Source of the DNA: a virus
Lineage: Duplodnaviria > Caudoviricetes
Reading direction: 5' to 3' (one strand)
DNA length: 38,999 nucleotides
IMG/VR virus record: IMGVR_UViG_3300037704_000239
Location: 1-38,999 of that record
The notes beneath the pieces are model-generated. The model searched no databases. It was not told the DNA's origin and saw only the letters and a program-made list of their open reading frames with translations. How positions within the stretch are numbered: position 1 is the first letter of the stretch; every line of letters starts with the position of its first letter. The position numbers and the translations under genes are program-made. Shown here piece after piece: positions 8,861 to 18,400 of this stretch.

Positions 8861-9802
8861 ATGGCACGTGCCCTGGGGGCGCGGGCGCAGATGGCGCTCG
8901 CGTTCGAGACGACCTATGGAACGCCGCCCGTTGGCGGTTTCACCCGCATGCCCTTCGCCAGCACCTCGCTTGGCGCGGAGCAGCCGCTGCTGAACTCGGA
9001 GCTTCTCGGCTACGGCCGTGACCCGTTGGCGCCGATCAAGGACGCGGTGACGGCCGACGGCGATGTCGTGGTGCCGCTCGACGCCGAGGCGTTCGGCTTC
9101 TGGCTGAAGGCGGCGTTCGGTGCGCCGACGACCACGGGCGCCGAAGCCCCGTACAGCCATGAGTTCCAGTCGGGGTCCTGGACGCTACCCAGCATGTCGA
9201 TCGAGACCGGCATGCCCGAGGTGCCGCGCTATGCGATGTACTCGGGCTGCGTGCTCGATCAGATCACCTGGCAGATGCAGCGCTCGGGCCTGCTGACCGC
9301 GACGGCGCGACTGGTGGCGCAGGGCGAGACGGTCGGCACGACCACCAGCGCCGGAACGCCCGCAGCGCTGGAGCTGAAGCGCTTCGGCCATTTCAACGGG
9401 GCGATCACCCGGAACGGGTCCGCGCTCGGCAACGTGGTTTCGGCCGAAATCACCTATGCCAACAACCTCGACCGGATCGAGACCATCCGGAGCGATGGCC
9501 GCATCGACGGCGCGGACCCCTCCATCGCGGCGCTGACCGGCCGGATCGAGGTGCGCTTCGCCGACCAGACGCTGGTGACGCAGGCGATCAATGGCGATCT
9601 GTCCGAGATCACCTTCGCCTATGCCCTGCCCTCGGGCGAGGCTTTCACCTTCACGGTGCACGCCGTCTATCTGCCGCGTCCCCGCATCGAGATCTCCGGG
9701 CCGCAGGGGGTGCAGGCAACCTTCGACTGGCAGGCGGCCCGCGACAACGTGCTCGGCCGGATGTGCACGGCAACCCTCGTCAACGATGTGGAGATTTACT
9801 GA
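8861..9802 (+). CDS. Phage tail tube protein
   Basis: AGGAG RBS; ETTYGTPP N-terminal motif; beta-rich 313 aa; precedes chaperone and tape measure. Confidence 0.85.
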   Translation: MARALGARAQMALAFETTYGTPPVGGFTRMPFASTSLGAEQPLLNSELLGYGRDPLAPIKDAVTADGDVVVPLDAEAFGFWLKAAFGAPTTTGAEAPYSHEFQSGSWTLPSMSIETGMPEVPRYAMYSGCVLDQITWQMQRSGLLTATARLVAQGETVGTTTSAGTPAALELKRFGHFNGAITRNGSALGNVVSAEITYANNLDRIETIRSDGRIDGADPSIAALTGRIEVRFADQTLVTQAINGDLSEITFAYALPSGEAFTFTVHAVYLPRPRIEISGPQGVQATFDWQAARDNVLGRMCTATLVNDVEIY

Positions 9803-10257
9803 TGCTGAAGCTCGATCTCTTGAGCCAGCCACGCTGGCATGACCTGGCGCCGGGCGTGCGGGTGCAGCTCCGCCCGCTGACCACCGCGCTGATGGTGGCG
9901 ACACGCAGCGATCCGACCGTTGAGGCGGTCCCCGAAGATGCCTCCGACGAGGAACGCGCCGTTGCCTTCGCCAAGGCCCTCGCGCGGCGGGCGGTGCTCG
10001 CCTGGGAGGGCGTCGGCGACGCGGACGGCAATCCCATCGATCCGAGCGCCGAGGCGGTCGACGCGCTGCTCGACCTCTGGCCCGTCTTCGAGGCCTTCCA
10101 GCTCACCTATGTCTCCAAGGGCCTGCTGCTGGAACAGGAAAAAAACGTCTCCGCGCCCTTGCCGAGTGGTCCTTCGGCGGGGGCGAGCGCTACTGCGAGG
10201 GTTGCGAACCCTGCGGAGCCTGCCAAGGGCCGTGCCCGGACTGCCCGGCGCGGCTGA
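9802..10257 (+). CDS. Tail assembly chaperone (gpG-like)
   Basis: TGATG overlap with tube stop; WEGVGDADG motif; in-frame slippery A AAA AAC at 10140-10146. Confidence 0.8.
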   Translation: MLKLDLLSQPRWHDLAPGVRVQLRPLTTALMVATRSDPTVEAVPEDASDEERAVAFAKALARRAVLAWEGVGDADGNPIDPSAEAVDALLDLWPVFEAFQLTYVSKGLLLEQEKNVSAPLPSGPSAGASATARVANPAEPAKGRARTARRG

Positions 10258-10487
10258 ACCGTCCGGAAACGCCGGAGGGTTGGCAGGTCTGGGATCTTGT
10301 CGGCCGCCTCGGCGGCCAGTTGCGCGTGCTCCCCGGCGTAGTGATCGGCTGGGACATGTCGGCAGCGCTGGCGCTCGGTGGCGCGCTCGGCGTGCCGCCT
10401 GCCGCCGCGGCCGAACTGCTGCCCGTCATCGAAGCGGTGATGGTGCGGGCCGCGAACGCAGAGATAGCCGGCATCGGTGCGGAGTGA
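10143..10487 (+). CDS. gpT-like -1 frameshift extension of the tail chaperone (absent from the ORF track)
   Basis: -1 frame open from the slippery site to TGA at 10485-10487: KRLRALAEWSFGGGERYCEGC...EGWQVWDLV...GWDMSAALALG...AE. Confidence 0.75.
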   Translation, partial: KRLRALAEWSFGGGERYCEGCEPCGACQGPCPDCPARLNRPETPEGWQVWDLVGRLGGQLRVLPGVVIGWDMSAALALGGALGVPPAAAAELLPVIEAVMVRAANAEIAGIGAE

Positions 10488-10542
10488 TGGCCAGCCTCGC
10501 GTCCCGCAGCGCTGTCTATGGCCTTCCTGTCGAGGCAGACCC

Positions 10543-10920
10543 TCAGGTAACAATCTTCCAGTACGAGTCCTTCCGGATCACCTTGCCATCCTGGAAGGTA
10601 TAGAAGTCGCAGCCTCTGACGCGGACTTTCTCTCCGGCCGGCGTGGTACCTGTCAGAAGCCATTTGGACATGCCGGTGTTTCCGCAGGCGAAATTTTCGA
10701 CTTCGCCGTAGTGGACGTCGGGCGTGCTCTCGAACCTCGTCATGAGCCCCCGCCGCACCTCGTCGCGGCCCACGTATCGGCTGCCGTGCGGTTCCGGGCC
10801 ACGGGGAAGATCCAGACTGCACTGTTCCGCGAAGAAACCCATGATCGCATCAACGTCATGGGCGTTGAAGCCGGCCGCCAGCCCATCGAGTGCTGCCAGT
10901 ATTCGGTGTTCGTCAGCCAT
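10543..10920 (-). CDS. Moron: SnoaL/NTF2-like protein
   Basis: AGFNAHDVDAIMGFFAE, YVGRDEVR, GCDFYTFQDGKVIRKDSYWK; GAGG RBS; opposite strand. Confidence 0.88.
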   Translation of the reverse strand: MADEHRILAALDGLAAGFNAHDVDAIMGFFAEQCSLDLPRGPEPHGSRYVGRDEVRRGLMTRFESTPDVHYGEVENFACGNTGMSKWLLTGTTPAGEKVRVRGCDFYTFQDGKVIRKDSYWKIVT

Positions 10921-11066
10921 GGCGATCCTCCGATTTCGCTCCGGCGATCATACACGATTGCCCGCATTAGCCACCGCAGAAACTGCGCATACCTCGAGCC
11001 CGATACAGGCCAACCACCGTCCATCCGGAACGACGCCCTCACTTCTCCCCTTGCAAAGAGACACCC

Positions 11067-13232
11067 ATGGTTGAGAAACGGGTTAGCGTCCGCCTCGCGG
11101 CGGTCGGCGGACGGCAGGTGCGCGCCGAGCTCGAGGGCGTTGGCGAAGCCGGATCGCGCGGCTTCGGGCGGCTCAGCCGCGAGATGGAGGCCGCGAACGC
11201 CCGGCTCGCCGCCTTCTCACGGCGCGTCCGGGTCGCGGCTGCCGCCGCCGTGGCTGCGGCGACCGCTGCGGGCGCCGCAATGATCCGCTCCGGGCTGCAG
11301 ACCGTCGATGCGCAGGCCAAGCTCGCGGCCTCCCTCGACACCACCGTCGCCAGCATTCAGGTTCTCGAGCGTGCCGGCGACCTTGCGGGTGTCTCCATGG
11401 GTCAGGTCGAGCAGGCGACCGTCCAGCTGACGCGGCGGCTCAGCCAGGCGGCCTCCGGAACCGGCCCGGCGGTGGACGCCCTGCGCCGCCTGCGGCTCTC
11501 GGCCGAGGATCTGCAACGCCTGCCGCTCGATACCCGGATCGCCGCGATCCAGCAGGCGCTGGGGCAATACGTGCCGGAGGCCGAACGCGCGGCCGTCGCC
11601 TCGCAGCTCTTCGGTGACCGCGCAGCCCTCGTGTTCACCCGGATCGACACGGCGACACTGCGCCAGGCGACCGAGGATGTGCGCGATTTCGGCGTGGTGG
11701 TCAGCGATCAGGATGCCCGGCAGATCGAACGGACGAACGATGCCATCTCGCGGCTCGGCCTGATCTGGCGCGGGCTCTCTAACCAGCTGGCGGTCGCCGC
11801 CGCGCCTGCGCTCGAAGCGGTGGCCAATGCGATGGCGGCCATGGCGCGCACGACCGGCCCCCTCGGCATCGCCATTCGCGGCCTCTTCGACAACATCGGC
11901 CGTCTGACCACCTACGCCGCAACCTTTGCCGCCTTCATGGCGGGACGCTGGGTCGCAGGTCTGGTCGCTGCGGCGCTGTCGGTGCGCGGCCTCGCCACCG
12001 CGCTCGTCCTTCTGCGCGGTGCGCTGATCCGCACCGGCATCGGCGCGCTGATCGTCGGCGCGGGCGAGCTGGTCTACCAGTTCGGCCGCCTCGTCACCGG
12101 CGCGGGCGGCTTCGGCAACGCGTTGGAGCTGATGGGCAATGTCGCGCGCGCCGTCTGGGACGGGATCAAGGTCACGGTCGGATCCTTCGTCGACGACTTC
12201 CGGGCGATCCGGGCCGATATCGAAGCGATCTGGCTCCGGCTGATGGCCTTCATGTCGAACAAATGGGCGGATTTTCTGGCAACCGTCGGGCCGACCTTCA
12301 ACGCGATCGCGGAAGAGCTCGGGACGGACAAGCGGATCGACGTGTTCGGCGCGCTCTCCAGGGCCTCGTTGCTCGATCACGCGGCCAGCAATGCCGGCGT
12401 GTTGGCCGACAGATTTCGTCAGCGCGCCTCGGACACCCGTGCGGGCGCCTTCGACGGCGTGGGCGCGGCCGTGCAGGCGCTGAACGACGCTCTGGCCCGC
12501 AGCGACGATACAGGCGCCGATGCGCTTGGCGAGGCGACCGCTTCGGCAAAACGCTTCGAGACTGCGCTCGGCAATGCCGGGCACGCGGCCTCGGATGCGG
12601 GCGCCGCCACCAGTGCTGCCGCTGCAGCCGCCGCGCCCGCGACCGAGGCCGCCGTCACCGGCTGGCAGGCGGTCACCGCAGCGCTCGGCGACTATGCCGG
12701 CAAGGCGCGCGAGATCGGCGGCGATATCGGCCAGAGCCTCGTCGGCGCCTTCCAGAGCGCCGGGAACGCGGTCGGCGAGTTCGTGAAGACCGGCAAGCTG
12801 AACTTCCGCGACCTCGTCACCTCCATGCTCGCCGATCTCGCCAGGCTCGCGGCGCGGCGGTTCATCCTCGGGCCGATCGCCAACAAGCTCTCCGGCGCGC
12901 TCGGCGGCGCGGGCGGCATCTTCGCCGACATCCTGCACGCGGGCGGGATGGTCGGGTCCGCTGGGCCCTCCCGCATGGTCCCGGCCATGGCCTTCGCGGC
13001 CGCGCCCCGGATGCATGGCGGCGGCATGGCCGGGCTGCGTCATGACGAGGTGCCCGCGATCCTCCAACGCGGCGAGCGGGTGCTCTCCCGGCGCGAGGCG
13101 CAGTCCTACGGCGCGGGCGGCGGCGTCAACGTCACCATCATGGCCCGCGATGCCGAAAGCTTCCGGCAATCCCGCACGCAGGTCGCCGCCGACATCGCCC
13201 GCGCGGTCTCGCTCGGCCGGAGGGGCATGTGA
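11067..13232 (+). CDS. Tail tape measure protein
   Basis: 721 aa Ala/Gly-rich helical protein; C-terminal HGGG...DEVPAILQRGE and FRQSRTQVAADI motifs typical of GTA-like TMPs. Confidence 0.9.
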   Translation: MVEKRVSVRLAAVGGRQVRAELEGVGEAGSRGFGRLSREMEAANARLAAFSRRVRVAAAAAVAAATAAGAAMIRSGLQTVDAQAKLAASLDTTVASIQVLERAGDLAGVSMGQVEQATVQLTRRLSQAASGTGPAVDALRRLRLSAEDLQRLPLDTRIAAIQQALGQYVPEAERAAVASQLFGDRAALVFTRIDTATLRQATEDVRDFGVVVSDQDARQIERTNDAISRLGLIWRGLSNQLAVAAAPALEAVANAMAAMARTTGPLGIAIRGLFDNIGRLTTYAATFAAFMAGRWVAGLVAAALSVRGLATALVLLRGALIRTGIGALIVGAGELVYQFGRLVTGAGGFGNALELMGNVARAVWDGIKVTVGSFVDDFRAIRADIEAIWLRLMAFMSNKWADFLATVGPTFNAIAEELGTDKRIDVFGALSRASLLDHAASNAGVLADRFRQRASDTRAGAFDGVGAAVQALNDALARSDDTGADALGEATASAKRFETALGNAGHAASDAGAATSAAAAAAAPATEAAVTGWQAVTAALGDYAGKAREIGGDIGQSLVGAFQSAGNAVGEFVKTGKLNFRDLVTSMLADLARLAARRFILGPIANKLSGALGGAGGIFADILHAGGMVGSAGPSRMVPAMAFAAAPRMHGGGMAGLRHDEVPAILQRGERVLSRREAQSYGAGGGVNVTIMARDAESFRQSRTQVAADIARAVSLGRRGM

Positions 13233-13275
13233 GTGCGACCCCGCAAGTGGGAACCGGTTGCGGGGACCAGAGCAC
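13233..13275. repeat. CIR/RIME/Bru-RS-like intergenic palindromic element
   Basis: CCCCGCAA-GTGGGAACCGG-TTGCGGGG with outer GTGC/GCAC; AAGTGGGAACCGGTT core as recalled for alphaproteobacterial intergenic repeats. Confidence 0.65.
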
Positions 13276-13293
13276 GAACCACGGAGAGACTTG

Positions 13294-13920
13294 ATGGCGT
13301 TTCACGAGGTCCGGTTTCCGGACAACATCAGCCGGCGCGCGCGCGGCGGCCCCGAGCGGCGCACCCAGATCGTCGAACTCGCGAGCGGCGACGAGGAGCG
13401 CAACGCCAGCTGGGCGAACTCGCGGCGGCGCTACGACGTCGCCTATGGCATCCGCCGCGCGGACGATCTGGCGGCGGTCGTCGCCTTCTTCGAGGCGCGG
13501 AACGGTCGCCTGCATGGTTTCCGGTTCAAGGACTGGGGCGACCACAAGTCCTGCCTGCCGTCGCAGGCCTCTTCGGCCACCGATCAGGCGATCGGCAGCG
13601 GGGATGGCGCGTTGACGGTATTCCAACTGGTGAAGCGCTACGCCTCCGGTGGGCAATCCTGGACGCGAACGATCACGAAGCCCGTCGCGGGCACGGTGCG
13701 TATCGCACTCGACGGCGTCGAACAGGCGTCTGGATGGTCGGTCGACACCACGACCGGAATCGTGACCTTCGACACGGCGCCCGCGACGGGCGTCGCCGTT
13801 ACCATGGGCTTCGAGTTCGACGTGCCGGTCCGTTTCGACACCGACGCGCTCGACGTCATCCTCGACCTCGAGCGGCTCGGCTCGATCACCTCCATCCCGC
13901 TCGTGGAGATCCGGCGATGA
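13294..13920 (+). CDS. DUF2460 (TIGR02217) GTA-like distal tail protein
   Basis: MAFHEVRFP start, FFEARNGRLHGFRFKDW, GFEFDVPVRFDTD. Confidence 0.92.
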   Translation: MAFHEVRFPDNISRRARGGPERRTQIVELASGDEERNASWANSRRRYDVAYGIRRADDLAAVVAFFEARNGRLHGFRFKDWGDHKSCLPSQASSATDQAIGSGDGALTVFQLVKRYASGGQSWTRTITKPVAGTVRIALDGVEQASGWSVDTTTGIVTFDTAPATGVAVTMGFEFDVPVRFDTDALDVILDLERLGSITSIPLVEIRR

Positions 13921-14801
13921 AATCGCTCGACCCGACCCTGCAGGCCCATCTCGACGAAGGCACCACCACGCTCGCCTGGTGCTGGCGGATCACCCGGTCG
14001 GACGGAGCGATCTTCGGCTTCACCGATCACGACCGGACGCTGAGCTTCGATGGCACCGACTTCGAGCCCGAGAGCGGGTTGACGGCGTCCGAGGTGCGCT
14101 CGGGCTCGGACCTCTCGGTCGATGCGCAGGACGCCGAGGGCGTGCTGACCTCCGACCGGATCACCGAGACCGACATCCTGGACGGCCGCTGGGACAATGC
14201 GGAGGTCGAGGTCTGGCGGGTGAACTGGCAGGACACGTCGCAGCGCGTCATAATGCGCCGCGGCGCCATCGGCCAGATCCGGCGCGGGCGGCTTGCCTTC
14301 GTCGCCGAGGTGCGGAGCCTCGCGCATCTCCTCAACCAGACGGTCGGGCGGACCTTCCAGGCGACTTGCGACGCGGCGCTCGGCGATGCCCGTTGCGGCG
14401 TCGATCTCGAGGACCCGGCCTTCAAGGGCGCGGGCGCGGTGATCGACCTGCTGCGCGACCGGGCCTTCACGGCGTCTGGCCTCGGCGCCTTCGTTGCCGG
14501 CTGGTTCGCCTTCGGGACGGTCGAGTGGACCAGCGGCGCGAACGCGGGCCGTCGCGCCGAGGTGATTGCGCATGATGTAACGGACGGGATCGCGGTCGTG
14601 ACCCTGCTCGAGGCGCCAGTCCGGCCGATCGCCCAGGGCGACGCCCTCATCGTGCGCGCCGGTTGCGACAAGCGCATCGAGACCTGTGCCGTGAAGTTCG
14701 CAAATTTCACCAACTTCCGCGGATTTCCCCACATCCCGGGCCAGGACACGGTGCTCCGGTACGCGTCCAGGGACGGCGGCCATGTTGGAGATGTCCTGTG
14801 A
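13917..14801 (+). CDS. DUF2163 / BR0599-type baseplate hub protein
   Basis: TTLAWCWRITR, GFTDHD, CDAALGDARC, GCDK...C...NFRGFPHIPG. Confidence 0.92.
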   Translation: MKSLDPTLQAHLDEGTTTLAWCWRITRSDGAIFGFTDHDRTLSFDGTDFEPESGLTASEVRSGSDLSVDAQDAEGVLTSDRITETDILDGRWDNAEVEVWRVNWQDTSQRVIMRRGAIGQIRRGRLAFVAEVRSLAHLLNQTVGRTFQATCDAALGDARCGVDLEDPAFKGAGAVIDLLRDRAFTASGLGAFVAGWFAFGTVEWTSGANAGRRAEVIAHDVTDGIAVVTLLEAPVRPIAQGDALIVRAGCDKRIETCAVKFANFTNFRGFPHIPGQDTVLRYASRDGGHVGDVL

Positions 14802-14917
14802 CGCACATCCCGGGTCAGGGTGAGGCGGATCAGCAGACTGTCCGGGGGACAGTCTGCCCGCCGAACGGGCTCCGTTACGCTTTGAGAGATGGCGGGCACG
14901 AGGGGGCAGTGCTGTGA
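14798..14917 (+). other. Diverged second copy of the DUF2163 3' end forming a 39-aa mini-ORF with an inserted hairpin element
   Basis: HIPGQ[GEADQQTVRGTVCPPNG]LRYALRDGGHEGAVL versus HIPGQDTVLRYASRDGGHVGDVL; GTGA overlaps at both ends. Confidence 0.75.
14824..14862. repeat. Palindromic element GCAGACTGTCC-GGG-GGACAGTCTGC
   Basis: Perfect 11-bp stem with 3-nt loop, plus outer GGCGG/CCGCC. Confidence 0.8.
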
Positions 14918-15420
14918 ATGCCGCCGATCCCGAGAAGATCATTGCCGTCGCGCGATCCTGGCTCGGCACGCCCTATCACGACCAGGCGAGCCTCAAGGGC
15001 GTCGGCTGCGACTGCCTCGGGCTCGCGCGCGGGGTCTGGCGCGAGGTGGTGGGCCAGGAGCCATTCCCGATCCCGCCCTACAGCCGGGATCTGGGCTTGG
15101 TAGCCGGTCCCGAAGGGATCAATCGCTCCAGTGGAGCGATTGAAGGCGGACAAGGCCCGGCAGGGCAGACCGGCCCGCGGGAAGTACTGGCCGAGGGCGC
15201 GCGCCGCATGATGGCGGAGATCGCGCCCGCCGCGGTCGACCCCGGCGCGCTGGTGCTCTTCCGCATGATGCCGCGCGCCATCGCCAAGCATGTCGGAATC
15301 CTCGCTGCATCCGATCGTTTCATCCACGCCTATGAGCGGCTCGGCGTGATTGAGGAACCGCTCACGCAAGCCTGGCGCCGGCGCATCGCCTTCGCCTTCC
15401 TCTTTCCCAGCAGGACCTGA
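14914..15420 (+). CDS. NlpC/P60 family phage cell-wall peptidase (GTA-type) with in-frame insertion
   Basis: WLGTPYHDQ, GCDCLGL catalytic Cys, KHVGI catalytic His, FIHAY. Confidence 0.92.
   Translation: MNAADPEKIIAVARSWLGTPYHDQASLKGVGCDCLGLARGVWREVVGQEPFPIPPYSRDLGLVAGPEGINRSSGAIEGGQGPAGQTGPREVLAEGARRMMAEIAPAAVDPGALVLFRMMPRAIAKHVGILAASDRFIHAYERLGVIEEPLTQAWRRRIAFAFLFPSRT
15103..15166 (+). repeat. 64-bp palindromic element, copy A (in frame in NlpC/P60)
   Basis: GCCGGTCCCGAAGGGA-TCAATCGCTCC-AGT-GGAGCGATTGA-AGGCGGACAAGGCCCGGCAGGGC. Confidence 0.85.
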
Positions 15421-15426
15421 TCCCAC

Positions 15427-18400
15427 ATGGCCTCTCTCGCTCTCGGCTTCGCCGGCTCCGCCATCGGCGGCAGCATCGGCGGCAGCATCCTCGGCGTCAG
15501 CGCCGCGACCATCGGCGGCTTCGTCGGATCGGCCGTCGGCTCGGTCGTCGACAGCTTCATCGTGTCGTCGCTCGCGCCGACCCAGCGGATCGAGAGCCAG
15601 CGGCTCGACAGCCTGCGCATCACCTCGTCGACCGAGGGCGCCGTCATCCCGCAGGTCTTCGGGCGCATGCGGATCGGCGGCAACGTCATCTGGGCCACGG
15701 ACTTCCGAGAGGAGACGAGGACCACCACCCAAGGCGGCGGCAAGGGCGGCGGAGGCGCCAAGGTCCAGACCACCGAGCATCTCTACTTCGCCTCCTTCGC
15801 GGTGGCGCTCTCCGAAGGCTCCGAAGCCGGTCCCGGAGGGACCATTCTCTCCGGTGGAGAGAATGGAGGCGGAGGAGGCCCGGCAGGGCGGGGGATCACC
15901 GGCATCGGCCGCATCTGGGCGGATGGGAAACCCATGGACCTGACCGGCGTCACCTGGCGCTGGTATCCGGGCGACGAGGCGCAACTGCCGGACCCGTTCA
16001 TCCTGGCGAAGATGGGCGCATTGAGCACGCCGGCCTATCGCGGCACCGCCTATGTGGTGTTTGAGGAACTGCTGCTTGGGCCCTACGGCAACCGCCTGCC
16101 GCAGCTCTCCTTCGAGGTGTTCCGCCCGCTCGCCGATCCCGACACGGCGGAGGGACTGACGCAGGCCGTCACCCTGATCCCGGCCTCGGGCGAGTTCGTC
16201 TATGCGACGCAAGGCATCCGCAAGGGTGGCGGCGATTCGTCCGCTCCGGACAACCTGAACGCGCTTGCCGATACGGCCGACATGGTGGTGGCGCTCGACC
16301 GTCTGCAGGCCATGGCGCCCGCAGTGGAGAGCGTGAGCCTCGTGGCCGCCTGGTTCGGCGACGACCTGCGCGCGGGCGCGTGCCGGATCATGCCGGGCGT
16401 CGAACTGGCGGCGAAGACCACGATCCCCAAGACCTGGGTGGTGAACGGCGTTGCCCGCGCAAATGCCCGGCTCGTGAGCCGCGACGACCAGGACCGGCCG
16501 GTCTTTGGCGGCACGCCGGCGGACTTCGCGGTGGTGCAGGCCATCCGGGAGATGAAGGCGCGCGGGCTGCGGGTGACCTTTTATCCCTTTCTGCTGATGG
16601 ACGTGCCGCCGGGCAACACGCTGCCGAACCCCTACAGCGACAATGCTGCCGAGGCAAGCCAGCCCGCGTTCCCGTGGCGGGGCCGGATCACTGTCTCTCC
16701 GGCGGCTGGCTATGCGGGCTCGGCCGACAAGACAACGACGGCCGCCACACAGGTCTCGGCCTTCTTCGGCGGCGCCAGCCCCTCCGACTTCGCCGTCGCG
16801 GGCGAGACCGTGTCCTGGACCGGCGCCGCGGACGACTGGGGCCTGCGCCGCATGGTGTTGCACTACGCCCATCTCTGCGCCGCCGCCGGCGGGGTCGACG
16901 CCTTCGTGATCGGCTCCGAGTTCCGCGGTCTCACCCAGGTTCGGGACGGTGCCTCGGCCTATCCCGCCGTGCAGGCCTTCCGCGATCTGACTACCGATGT
17001 GCGTTCGATCCTCGGGCCCTCGACGAAGATCGGCTATGCCGCCGACTGGTCCGAGTATTTCGGCCACCACCCGGCCCCCGAGGAGATCCTCGATGGCGGC
17101 GTCTTCGACGATCCGGCCGCCGGCACCCACTGGACCCGGTCGCCGGTCAGCGCGGCCACGATCGACTACACGGCGGCCGGGCTCGAGCTCACCCCGGCCT
17201 CGACCGCCTTCGCCGACCGCGCGCAAGCGTTCCAGCGGGTCACGACCGTGGCCGGGGCGGCCTACCAGATCCGGGTCTCGGTACTGGAGGTCCCGGCTGG
17301 CGCATCGGGCCTCTACTTCCTGCCCTTCGACTCCTCGGCCGGCCTCGCGCTGATCGGCAGCGTCGGCGACTACCAGGTCTCCGCTCCCGGCGAGCACCTC
17401 TTCACCTTCACCGCCCCCTCGGCCTCGACCGACCTCTATTTCCGCCTCACCGGCACCACCGGCACGGCGCGGATCGCCACGATCTCGCTCAAGCCCGCCG
17501 CGGGCGATGTATCGTTCCACCTCGACCCGCTCTGGGCCGATCCGGCGATCGATTTCGTCGGCATCGACAACTACATGCCGCTCTCGGACTGGCGCGACGG
17601 GTTCGAGCATCTCGACGCGCAGGATGGCGCGCCGGCGATCTACGACCGGAGCTATCTGCAGGCGAACATCGCGGGCGGCGAAGGCTTCGACTGGTTCTAC
17701 GCCTCCGACGCCGACCGGTCAGCGCAGATCCGGACCGCGATTACCGACGGCACCTCGGGCAATCCCTGGGTCTTCCGCAACAAGGATCTGCGCAGCTGGT
17801 GGTCGAACCCGCACTTCGACCGCCCGGGCGGGGTGGAGAGCGGGACGCCGACGGCATGGGCGCCGCAGTCGAAGCCGATCTGGTTCACCGAACTCGGCTG
17901 TCCCGCCATCGACCGCGGCACCAACCAGCCGAACGTCTTCGTCGATCCGAAGTCCTCGGAGAGCCTCCGGCCGCATTTCTCGCGGGGCTGGAGGGACGAC
18001 GCGATCCAGCGCGCCTATCTCGAGGCGTCCTACCTTTTCTGGGGCGAGGCCGCGAACAACCCCGTGTCCTCGATCTACGGCGACAGGATGGTGCATGTGC
18101 CGGAATGCGCGGCCTGGAGCTGGGACGCGCGGCCCTATCCGTTCTTTCCCGAGCTCGCCGACGTCTGGACCGATGGCCCGAACTGGCGGCTCGGGCACTG
18201 GCTGACCGGCCGGCTCGGGGCGGTGTCGCTGGCCGCGCTGGTGCGGCATCTCTGCCTGCGCGCCGGCATGCCGGAAGCCCAAATCGATATCTCCGGCCTC
18301 TGGGGCGCGGTCGAGGGTTACGTCATCACCGCGCTGGAAAGCCCGCGGGCCTCGATCGCCCCGCTCGCCCGGCACTTCGGCTTCGACGCGGTCGAGACCG

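Noticed and set aside
14728-14917. DUF2163 3' repeat as a diversity-generating retroelement VR/TR pair
   Set aside because: Differences are mostly third-position and not adenine-specific, and there is no reverse transcriptase in the window
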